Shown piece by piece: positions 25,001-37,000 of a stretch of DNA of 64,000 nucleotides (position 1 is its first letter; every line of letters begins with the position of its first letter). The position numbers were made by a program, and so were the translations under genes. The notes under the pieces are model-generated. The model was not told the origin of the DNA, ran no database searches, and saw only the letters and a program-made list of their open reading frames with translations. Source of the stretch: Amphiscolops sp. MND2022 (lineage: Eukaryota); NCBI GenBank assembly GCA_964187785.1, contig OZ076412.1, positions 17,732,001 to 17,796,000 of the forward strand, in the 5' to 3' direction.

Positions 25001-28000
25001 TCCAAAATAGCAAAAATTCACGCTTGGAACAAGCTAAAATCGTATGAAAATGCCCCTATTTCAACGCAAATTTTCTCAACTATGAAATCTAGTGAGCAAC
25101 TTTTTACTGGCAGTAATTGTGAAAGATATGATTATGTCGACATCAATTATTGTATTTCACCAAACTTTCAACGCGAACGATGTCGACATAATGGAATTTG
25201 AACCTTGTGTCTTATCCAAACCCCACAAACTCCCCCTCCCCCGCGGCCGCTTGGGGAGATTAAGACACATTGTCCCTTTTTGTTGCAGAGACAGCCGTTC
25301 CATGAGTAGTCTGCCAAGTGAAGCAGACGTGTCTCTGCAGCTGAATGTATCTCGCGAGATTGATTTGATGGGCAGAGATATCGAGGCTCTGATTGACTCT
25401 CAGCCTGTGTTGAAGAAAGACCTGAAAGCAAGCCTTCTGAAGAGGCGAAGTGAAATGGAAGAGATGAAAAAGGCCATGGAGAAAATGGATGAAAGTCTGG
25501 AAACGTCGCAAGTTCGTGTCGTCATGGCTAACCAAATATTGCGCAGGTCCAATGTGCTCACAGCTGCCAGGGAACGCGAGCATGAAACTAACAGGTTTGA
25601 GCCACAGTCAGTTCCGGATAATTCGGATCTTCGTTTAATTCGTATGTATCTGCGACCTCCGTTTCGCGAAGACCTTAATAATATCATCCGGTTAATTCGT
25701 ATTTCTCCTTATTCTTAATTTTTTCGGCCCCCAGCGATACGAATTGAGCGGATTCAACTGTATATCGTTCACGCTCATGAACATTTGTTTTTTTTTACTC
25801 TGAATGTTTTGCACTTTATTGGTGAAATATAAATTGAATGCGTACACACACGAAAAGAATCATTTTAAAAAACTGGCGATCTGCGCTCAAATTTTCAACG
25901 CATTATATTATCTTCATTCAAGTGAAAATTGAATCGATTCCCGTAATGGTTTTTAATTAAAGGATCTATTTTAGCAGTTTTGTTAAATTGGTTGTGACTG
26001 ATTTTCAGCTCACGGAATGACTTCTATTCTTAGTGGATCCTGGAATCTCTGTAGAAATCATTGAAAACCAGTCTATCGGCAAGACTTTTCAGCAATTCGT
26101 TTCACTTATGTAGAATGTAAATCTGAATTTGTAGACCTCCACATACCGATGTGAAACCTAGAACGCCGAAAATAATTCCTTCCATCTTGTGCTTTCTTTC
26201 GTTGGTTCCTTTTGTTCACTTTTTCTACAGAAACTGGAATTTTTGATCAGACAATATTTTTACGAATTAGTATCTCAGCAGCTAATCCAACTCTCCTAAC
26301 AGCTCGAAGAGACGCTTTTATTGGGGAACGTTCATTTAGGTCCGAAAACTGCTGCCCGATAATGAAATGGTATTGGAGGCCCGAAAAATCTATCCTAGTA
26401 ATTTGAGGCCCGAAAACTAAAGAAAAATGAGTTGTTTAATGATTGGACAAATAACAAAGAGAAAGGTAATGATTGACTCATTATCGCAGGTTACATGACA
26501 TTTCGTCCTATGCAATTTCAACCTATTGCATTTCCAACCTTCCGCAGTTTCGACCTAAATTAAATTTGAATCTTAATTGGACTAATGGGCCATAACTAGT
26601 TGGAAGGTTGAAAATGCAATAGGTTGAAATTGTCAACGGTTGAAATTGCATAGGACGAAATATCCTGACACCATTATCGCAATTTCAATTCTTGACAGAA
26701 ATATTGAACCACATTTGTGTTTACAGATAAAAGAAACTCATCGGGCCTCAGTTTCATTACTTTCTGGCCTCAAGTTACACTAGCTTCGGGCCTCAAATAT
26801 ACTACCTTTTTATTGACATAAATCGAACGAGTGTTCGCTGAGAGCTGCTTCGCCTGCTTTCAAATGAGTGCATAGGATCATTATCGATTACTAGTGTATT
26901 TTTAGTCGGTGCATTTTCCTTTAAAGGAAAAATGCCCGACTCTTACAGTGACCTTTTTTTCCTTCAGACCACAGACCTCCCACTGATCGGTCCACTTATT
27001 ACAGAAACTACTGAAACTATTCAGGCCAAGTCCGGCCAAGGCAAACTTAGTGCAAAGGGTAGGGTACCCCTTTCGTATTTTACTTTCTCACCGTAACCTA
27101 CAAAAACCTAAGTTTTTTGTTCCCAGTTGGGGAAGAAGTGGTTTCCGACTCTTATCGAGCATGAAAGGCACCCTTTGGGTGTCTCGAAACAGTTTTCTAA
27201 GCTATTCATGAATACGTCCTGGGCATGTTTTAAAAACTTTGCACTTTTTGAGCCTTAGATATAGCGTCGACTTTAGACGTTCTCGTCTTGTTTTCTTCGA
27301 GTAACAAAGTTTATAGCCCGAAATGTGGCTGCTTTCAGTCAAAACGGCTAAATTTGCTCTTTCGCAGAATCCAAAGAATTGAATTTTTGAAAAAGCAGCT
27401 TAGAATTGAAAGATTTACTTTACAGAAATGTTCATAAATTGATTTTGTCTGGGAAAAATTTGTGGAAATGATAGATGATTTTTGCAAGTTTTTTAGTCGA
27501 TGGTTTTCATGAGAAAAATGACAACTTTTACAGTTACAAGTTTTTTTTCACAGTGGTCACGCATAGTAGCAAAGCAAAGGGTCTCACATAGGGGTTTTTT
27601 GTTCTACTGTTTTTCACCGAATAAATATTTTTCGATTATTTAAGCCTCAGAAAAGCGTTTTTAGAGCCTTTGATTTTTTGGACCTCTTATACTTACGAGA
27701 ATTCGCTTGAAGTCACTTTGAATTTATTTGAGACTTGCGCTTTTTTAACCCTTAAGCGAGGCGCCGACTTGAGACGCTTTCGTCTGTTTTCAGTCGGCGC
27801 CTTTTCCCTAGGATAGTTTTTTTAGTCGGCGCATTTTCCTTTAAGGAAAAAAAGCCCGACTATTACAGTGGCTAGTTTTTTTTTTTTCGTCAGACCACAG
27901 AGCTCATCGCGTATGTACCACTTTTTACAGAAACTGATAAGTTCACTCAGGCCAAGTTCCACCAATGCAAACTTACTGCAAAGGGTCCCCCCTTTCGTTT

Positions 28001-31000
28001 TTTACCTTTTTTACGTAACCTACAAAACCGGAAGACTCCAAAGGGACCCTTTCAATTTTTTTTCGGCACTGCGAATTTTTTTTTCGAAAATTTTCAATTT
28101 TTCAAAAGAGTCCCCCTTCGGATTTTTTGATATTTTGCAACAGAAAATATGTTAATGAATCCCAAAGGGTCCCCCCTTTTCATTTTTTGGCACTATGCGA
28201 CGTTTTCGAAGTTTTTTTCAAAATTTTTTTTCAAAAAAAATTTTCAAAAAAATTTTCAAAAATTTTTTTGTTTCCAGTCGAGAAAAGTGATTTTCCAGTC
28301 ATATCGAGCATGAAAGGCACACTTTGGGTGTCTCGAAAGTGTTTTCAAAGCTTTTCAAGAATACATCCTGGGCATATTTAGAAAACTGAGCTTTTTGAGC
28401 CTCAGATATAGCGCCGACTTTAGACGTTCCCGTCTTGTTTCTTTTTCAGCCTACAATCTCACTCTGAATGGTCCACTTTTCTTACAATCTTTGTTCATTT
28501 GTTCAACTAATTTTCTGAGAAGCCGGAGATCGTGGGTTCGATTCTCGCACTAAACCACAAATTTTTTATGCTTCCAAAAGTAAATGCGAGACCAAAGGTT
28601 TTTTTTCGTTTGATTTTTTTCGTTTTTTTTCGGCACTATGCGACTTTTTTTCGAAAATTTTCGGATTCTATCAAAGAGTTGAAGTTTTCGGTTTGTAAAA
28701 ACGTTTAATGAGCCTGAATGGCCTCTTTTTGAGTTTTTCGGCATTTTGCGACTTTCTAAAAAATACTTTTTTCGAAAAAAAAGTTTTCAAAAATTTTTTT
28801 TTTGAAAAAAATAATTTTTCCAAATGTTTCCAATAGTTGTTCTTTGAATATTTTTGAGCCTTAGATATGGCGCCGACTTGAGACGATCCCGTCTTGTTTT
28901 TTTGTAAGATTACAATTTCACTCTGAAAGGTCCTTTTTTCACAATCTCAGACTAAAAGAATTAATCTAAGTGTACTAACAGGTGCTAATTTGGTAGAGGT
29001 TTTCAAATTGATAAATTTTAATGTTCAATTGGGATGAAAGTTGTAGGGTTCTTTCTGTGAATTTCAAATGTGATTAATCCAATTGCAGGAGGAAGAAATT
29101 GAAATTATCCAGTGAGTTGTCAGAAAAAACCGAGACCATCAAAGGGTTGTTGGACACGATAGAGGCAATGAAGGCAGAACTCACCTCTCAGAAGAACGAG
29201 TCGAAGAAGCAGAGTGACAAGATCATTCAACTTCAACACTCCATGGAGGAGTATCAATTAGAGATCAGCCAATTGCAACAAAATTACGTTAGTGATTGCT
29301 TGGGGGAACGTCATATAGACATTATGTAATACACATCTAATTTTCAAACAGCAGAATTCACTCAGCTGAAAACGCGTGTCTGATTTTGCTATTTAATGTT
29401 GCTACTTGGCGAAGGGAGCGAAGCGACCGAGCCATACAACAATTTTGCTAACCTCCGTCAAATAAATAAGTTCCATACATCTTGGCTGCAACAGCACTAA
29501 AAGTCAGTAATTTGAATTCTGCTGTTCGAGATCTTTCTGTAAATTCCGTTGCTTGAATAGTCACCAGAAATTAGATGTGTATTACATTATGTCTGTAGTA
29601 GTTGACTCATTGCTTGCAATGTATTGCGTATCAAGGCAAAATTTTGGATTCGCAAACCTGTCAACTCTATATGAGCACCTCTGAATTTTTTCACCACATC
29701 GTTTCAAACATACAGTCGCTCTCTGTTGACAGCGAAGAGCCTTAGTAGGAAGAGATCAGTTTCATTTCGGTTAAATGAGACCAACTACACATTGAACAAG
29801 GGTCAATTCCAGTCGAACAGTAATTTTTAAACGGTCGAAATTTAAACCACGTCTTCGATGGAATTGGATGCGCTTAGGTGTGTACCGGACATCAAGTCGG
29901 GTTCGGTATCCGGTCGGATTGCGGAAAATTGTCCGGTGCCCGGTATCCGGCCGGACTTATTACAGATTCTGGCCGAATATATATTTTGACTAATCTCAAA
30001 TTGCACGTGGAAAAACATGGTTCGAAACCGACAAAAATTGAAATATGACCAAATCAATTCTTAACCCTAAATGGACCAGGACATTTCCGGATCCATCCAA
30101 AAATCTGGTGCTTCAGCTTTAAACAGCATTATCTCCTAAACTATTCAAGTCCGACAAGCGACTTATAGCGCGTTCGAAGGGAGACAATTAGGGCATTCAA
30201 ATTAATTTTTGAACTGCTGCGCTGGGGGCCTGCTTCGCCGCACTTGCTCCGGACTTTGCGCCAAAACTTTGCACGCCTTGTGTTTGTCTGCATTTCAGCA
30301 TGCTTAAAAACATGCTGTGGCCACTGACCCAATCTTGATAGCAGTGGGATAAAAGGGCCAGAAATGAAAACAGGAAAAACGGAAAATCTGCGCTCAATTT
30401 ATTTCTGAATTTTGGTCACATTTTCATGATTTCGGAGACATCATGTCAATATTCCGTGAAATGGCGTGCAATGCTATGTCAAATCGTCCAAAAACCTTAT
30501 CAAGAGATTTCTTCACCATACGGTCAGCTAGTGCGTTAAGAAGTCTGCAGAATTTAACTGGTACGAAATTGTACCATGGTCCATTTAGGGTTAACAACTT
30601 ATTGTGAAAGAATGATAGTTTTCCTGTTTTTATTCATTATTTTGCAGCATGAGCCTCATTTCTTTTTTCGTCATATTGCAGTTTTAACAAGACGAAAACG
30701 TCAAAAACCCTTTTGACATATTTGGGTATCCTTTAGTTCTTAGGCTAAAGTCTAACAAATGGACCATTCAAGTAAATTCTGTAGTATGACGAAAACACTA
30801 GTCATTAATGGTTGGGCACATTTTCTTACAAAATGCGCTGACTAAAAAGTTTTTGTCACCTTAAGTTTTTGGATGCTCTCTTGTCAGACCGGGCCTTAAC
30901 GGTCCAGTGCACTTCTAGAATGCGCACATGAAGTCTCTGTCAAACTTTGTCAGTGGTAAAATCCACAGAAACTTCAATCTCATCAGAGACCGATGTGTCC

Positions 31001-34000
31001 AAGCAGTAAACATCAATAAGCCGGGAACGGCCCAAGTCGGCGCCATATCTAAGGCTCAAAAAGACTCGAAAACGAAAACCACTTTTTCTACAACTGGAGA
31101 CAACAAATCTCTCAAAAAACTTAAAATTGAGGAAAAAAATTCCGATTTTTTTCGAATTTTTTTGAAGTTTCCGGTAAGTCGCACAGTGCCGAAAAATGTA
31201 AAAGGGGGGACGCTTTGGCATTTTTTGAACATCCATTCTGTTGCAAAATATCAAAAACTGATGGGAGGAACAAAAAAAATTCGGAAAAAAATCAGTCTCA
31301 CAGTGCCGAAAAAAGTGGACCCTTCTGCTTTGGAATGGATTTTTATTTCATGTTAGAGGCTTTGGATGCGTTGAAAATGAAGTACTAAGTACATATGGTA
31401 AAAGTTGGTAAATGTGCATTAATGCACAAAAAGTGGACGTTTCGCGTTGAACTGACGAAAAAAAACTAGCCACTGTAAGAGTCGGGATTTTCTTCGAAAA
31501 CGCCGACTAAAAACAATTAATTTATTTAAAAAACGTATTAAAAACGTTTTTTGAACAACTGAATTTTTAAAACCCAGCATCTCATTTAAGTCATTTAATC
31601 ATTTTGGGAATTTGTAGAATTTTCATGGATCTCCAACTGGATTGAAGAAAGATCCTACGAAAAGTCGCTACAATGATCGCGTTTTATTTCATGAAACGTC
31701 GACTAAGAAAGTCAAATCCATCAAATTTTCGGTTTCGAAATCATCACTTGCATAATGGTTATAATCAGCTGTTTAGTTATCCGCGTAGGCTACTTTATTG
31801 ATTCACCAGGGCAGAGTCTCGAAGAGGTGCAGATCTCATTTTCTGTCCTTATTGACTACATTTAACCTGAAGATTTTAGTTACGTAAAGACCTATGTATT
31901 TATATTTTATTCAATTAAATAAACTTCCTTTTTTCCACTTGGTGAATAATCATTGAAAACATGTAATCTTAAATTGAATGAACGTATTTCAATTTTCCTT
32001 GCACAGAACGAGAAAATAGAATCTCTGGAAAAACTTAACACAGAGCTCACATCTGCCCAACAGAACGACTCTCTGAAACAAAGTGAAGAATTGGAGAAGT
32101 TGCGCAAATCCATCGGAGATTACGAGACCAAAATCAGCCAGCTGATGGAACAGAACGGCAGTTTCACCTCACAGATCGATTCGCTCCGCAAACAAAATTC
32201 GGAGCTTTCCTCGTGTTTACATAAGGTATGTTTTGATTTAGCGCTGTCAGGGTAAACTTGCAATCGGGTTAAAACTTTTTTCACTAATCAAAATAGCTTC
32301 AATCAAAATCAGAAAGTAACAAGACGGTTACGTCTCAAGTCGGTGCCCCACTTAAAGCTGAAAAAGCAAAGTTTTTAAAATATGTTCAGGTCATTTTTTA
32401 AATGAAAAACTCAAAAGTTTCGAAACATCCAAAGGTTTCGTGCTGGGTCGGATAGGTTCGCTTGTTTTCGAACCTCCGTCTCCTTTTTCTCCGCTTTATT
32501 AAAATGCAATATAGTTCTGATATAACGTCAAAATTCGAATAATGTTGAAAAAAATTATTGGTGGATATACAGTACAGTTCCAAAATGTTGAGTACGTCTT
32601 TCACTGCTAACAAAATCTCATGATCGTGAAATCATTTCACTTGTTTCAACGCTTAAGCATAATCAGAAATCGGAAATGCCAGCACCGTTGAATTCTTTTC
32701 TAGCTTGTCAAATTGTTACATTGAAAAACGCAGGCCTTTCTTATCAAAAAATTGCTGATGAGCTAGGTATATTAAGAAACCTGATTTCAGACGAAAAATG
32801 GAGTTTCAAAAATGAGACGGTAGTCTCATTGTGCCGAAAAGGTAAAAGAGGGGCCGTTGGGCTTTTTCAACATCCACTTTGTTGCAAATTATCAAAAAAA
32901 TGAAGGGAGGCCTTTTGGAGACATTGGAAAGTTTTCCAAAAAAGTCTCAGTGCTGAAAAAATCCAAAAGGGGGGACCTTTTAGTCTCGTCCGGTTTTGTA
33001 TGTTACGTTAAAAAAGTGAAAAAAATGAAATGGGATCCATTGCAATAACTTAGATGCGTTTCCCAGATATTCGTGTAAATGACAAAAAAAGAAAAAATTG
33101 AGTGACCTTTTGTAAACGCGCCGACTAAAAAATTTTGCTTCATTTCATCTGTGAGTCCTAATGTTTTTCAGGAAACTAGAAAACTTTTCAACTAACATGG
33201 GTTTAGACTCCGTATGAGATGCTGAGAAAGCTATCCAGTTGTCCAACATTCAAAACAGACGACTGAATCATGGACGAATTGAGACATCCAGATTTGAACA
33301 ATAGTCTCGTAATGAGTTCTAGCTTTAATGATTAAAATAGTTCCAATCAATATAATTATAGTCCATTCATTATAATCAGCTAAACCTGACCGCATTGTTG
33401 TACAAATTTTTGATGAACTGGCCAAAATGAATGACGTTTTTGAACATTTCTCAGCAGATCGTCGTTTGCCTTCGAATATGAGCGGAAATTCCTCGTCGTG
33501 AAAACTTTTTTTATCAAAACAGAGGAGAATGAAATAAACAGTTGATGGTTACTTGTTTCGTTTTGCTCTATAATCTTTCTTTGTTTTCGTAATTTAGTTC
33601 TTTGGTTATTCTTTTAGAATGAGAAGCTTCTTAATTAATACATGCAGCTTTGAATCATTCTGTTTAGATGAGTTCATTAACCGCACAGCCTTCCCAGGGC
33701 GGGACGCTGCCTAAACGTAGCGGAATCCTATCGATCGCGACCTCTTTGGACTCAAAGGGTAGCATGAGTGAAACATCGCCCGTGGAGCCGATCGACAACA
33801 TGGTCAACAACTGGCAATCATCAACCCGCATTGCAGATACTTCAATGGAAATGAAGCAGGAAACCATTCAAAGACAGTCCCGGAGACCCCCATCCGTACC
33901 CCGGGGCAAAGGCAGAAAAGTTGCAGCCATTAGGAAAAATTTTGAAAGCTCTTCTAGAAAGTTAGTTGAAGGAAAGTAGCCCATATACATATACATATTT

Positions 34001-37000
34001 ACATATAAATATTTACTACCTGATTTTTCCCGTTTTCTGTAAACCTTTGGAATGGATTGTCGGTTGGTTTATGGGAGCTTTATCGGAGTTTCTGTCGTAG
34101 TTTCAATTATATCTTGCTTCAGGTTTAGAAACTTTATACTCGAATTACTGCATTGCAAGAATTAACCAAGACGGGAACGTCTAAAGTCAGCGCTATATCT
34201 AAGGCTCAAAAAGTGCGAAGTTTTTGAAGTATGCCCAGGACGTTTTTATGAAAAACTCGGAAAACAGCTCCGAAAAACAAAGGGTTTTCTTTTGGAAAGT
34301 TCGCATAGTGCCGAAAACCCTACGGAGTCCTCTATGCTCGCAAAACGTTTCGTTTCTAGTAAAAGTCGAGGGTGCTTTGATGAAAGTAATTTGGAAAAAA
34401 GTCGCATTGTGCCGAAAAAACGACCATCTTAAAAACAAAATTCGGATATAGGGTGCTGGTTCAGTCAGAAAACCAAATTTTAAGACGAAAAATAATCATT
34501 TTGGAAAATCTCACGATGCCTAAAATTGGAAAAGGTCCCTTTGGGCTTTTTGAAAATCCAGTTGCCAAATCCAATTTGTTGCATGTTAAAAAAAATGAAG
34601 GGGACCCTTTGGAGACATTGAAAAATTTTCGAAATAAAACAAAAAATGCGAATTTGAACAGTCTCATAGTGCCGAAAAACGTAAATGGGACATCCATTCT
34701 GTTGTAAAGTATCAAAAAAATTGAAAGGGGCCTTTGGAGCTTATTATTGAAAATTTTTCTGAATGTCTCAGTGCTGAAAAAAATCAAAGGGGGAAATTCA
34801 GTCTCGCCCTGTTTTGCAAATGCACGAAAACGTTCATGGCTGCAGTAGGGATTCGAAACCGCGACCATTGGGTTCTCCCTGAACCGATTAAAGTGTACTA
34901 AAAAGTGGTAAATACTGGGTGAGCTCTCTGGTCTGACGAAAAAAAACTAGCCACTGTAATAGTCGGGCACTTTTTTAGGAAAAGCGCCGACTAAAAACAA
35001 GCCAAAAACATATCAGAGTCGGTGTCCTACTCAAGACAGCGCAAACTGTTTTGAATGAAATAAATTCGAGTAGAATCTGGAAATTTTCAGAAAAAAATCA
35101 AAGGTGGGATCTATCGTGCTCATGAAAAGCTTTTTCTTAACCCAAAACATCAAAATTTTTAATTTTTGGGGATTTTTTACAACCAAATTGAAACGATGAG
35201 AGTCCAAAGGCTCCTCTATTTGATTCATTCGGCTCTCCGCACTGAACATTTGAAAGGCTTAAGGCAGAACACCATCACACCAACATCCTTCAAAAGGTTC
35301 CTTCATTGATGTTTTTAAGGAGCGGTACTGGATTACTTGCGAAACCCGTGGGAAAGGTAGGCAAGACTGTCGTGGCAAAACGTGTTACACGACGCAGGAA
35401 GCCGCCATCTTCGTTGTCAAATGTTCCTGAAGACTCCATCCTCGAAATTCTTGAAGAAACGAATACGTGCGTGAAAATGGAAAGCAGCTATAACCTCCGT
35501 AAAGATAATAAAATGAGGTTAGTACGTCTTATGTTCTATGATGCATTTACTTTTCCAAATCAATTTAGCGTCTCCAAATTGAGTTTTGCACCGGAATTTG
35601 AAACATTGGTTATTATTATTTCTGCGGTAGCAGAAATATTATTGAAATCTCAACATGTCTTTTTTTCAGTACAATTCTTCGTACGATACTGAATAATTCA
35701 GATATTTGTTCCGCAGTGACTATAAGCGTGAGAATTGAGTTTCTCAAGCTGCCGACGACATTTCAATTCTCATGCGATGGAACGAGCGAGTGGTAATTAT
35801 GCATTCGTACGCTAACGTCATTGAGATGAAGCGAATGAGTGTTAATTATTTGTTCGTTGAAAGCTTCGCCTGCATTCAAATGCGAATGCGAAACTTCGCC
35901 TACGCTTAGTAGTTATACATATTTTCTTTAGTCCGAGAAGAATTAAAGGCGATGTAAACTTATACAGTGATTAATTGTGCGCTAAATAAAATTAAACAGG
36001 AGTGTATTGGTATTCGAGATATGATTCTATTATTTAAGAAACACTGAATTATACCTTTGTTATTAAAAACAAAAAACAATCATCTTGGTTTTGAAACAAA
36101 GCAGTGTAATAATAATGAAAGATTAAAGCAGAAACACTAATGTGCCTATTTTAAATATGGTATCAAGGCTTGTCATGATAATTGTAACTGCTCTTTGATT
36201 GGTTCGTTTGCTCTACCTCGTCTATATTTCACTTTAAAAAACCATATGCATTAATGAATTTTAAATTCATTTTTAGCCGTAGGTTTTACAAACTCAAACT
36301 TTCAATTTTACAGCGGAAATGGTCGGTGACCAGTTTGAAAAATATTCCGAGGCGTGATAATCTTACGATGCTCGAGAGGTTCATCCCTTGGTCTAGAAAG
36401 TGGGTTTTTAGTGGGCGTTTTTAGAATAAAAGAGCCCGACTATTCATGAAAACGTCCAACGCATATTTTAACAAGCCGGGAACGGCCAAAGTCGGCGCCA
36501 TATCTAAGGCTCAAAATTTAAAAGGGGGGCCCTTCGGGCTTTTTGAAACTCCAGCTGGTTGCAAAAAATTTAAAAAAAAATGAAGGGGGGACCCTTTGGA
36601 GACATGAAAAAGTTTCCCAAAAAATTTTTTTAATGAGATTTTTGAACAGTGTCACAGTGCCGAAAAATGTAAAAGGGGGGACCCTTTGCGATTTTTTGAC
36701 ATCCATTGTGTTGCAAAACATCAAAAAAAATTGAAGGGGGGACCCTTTGGGGAAAAAAATTCAATCCAAAAAGTTTCAAAAAGTCGCATAGTTCCGAAAA
36801 AAAGTTGGGATCTTTAGTGTGTTTTCGAGGTTTTGGACGTCTGTTTTGTTTTTTCTTTTCGTTTTGGACGCTTCTGAGGTTGGAGTTGTTGAGGTTTGAA
36901 GTTGTGGAGGTTGTTGAACAAATGAACAAAAAGTGGACCTTTCGTGTCTAAAAAAAAACTACCCACTGTAATAGTCGGGCACATTTTCTACTAAAATGCG

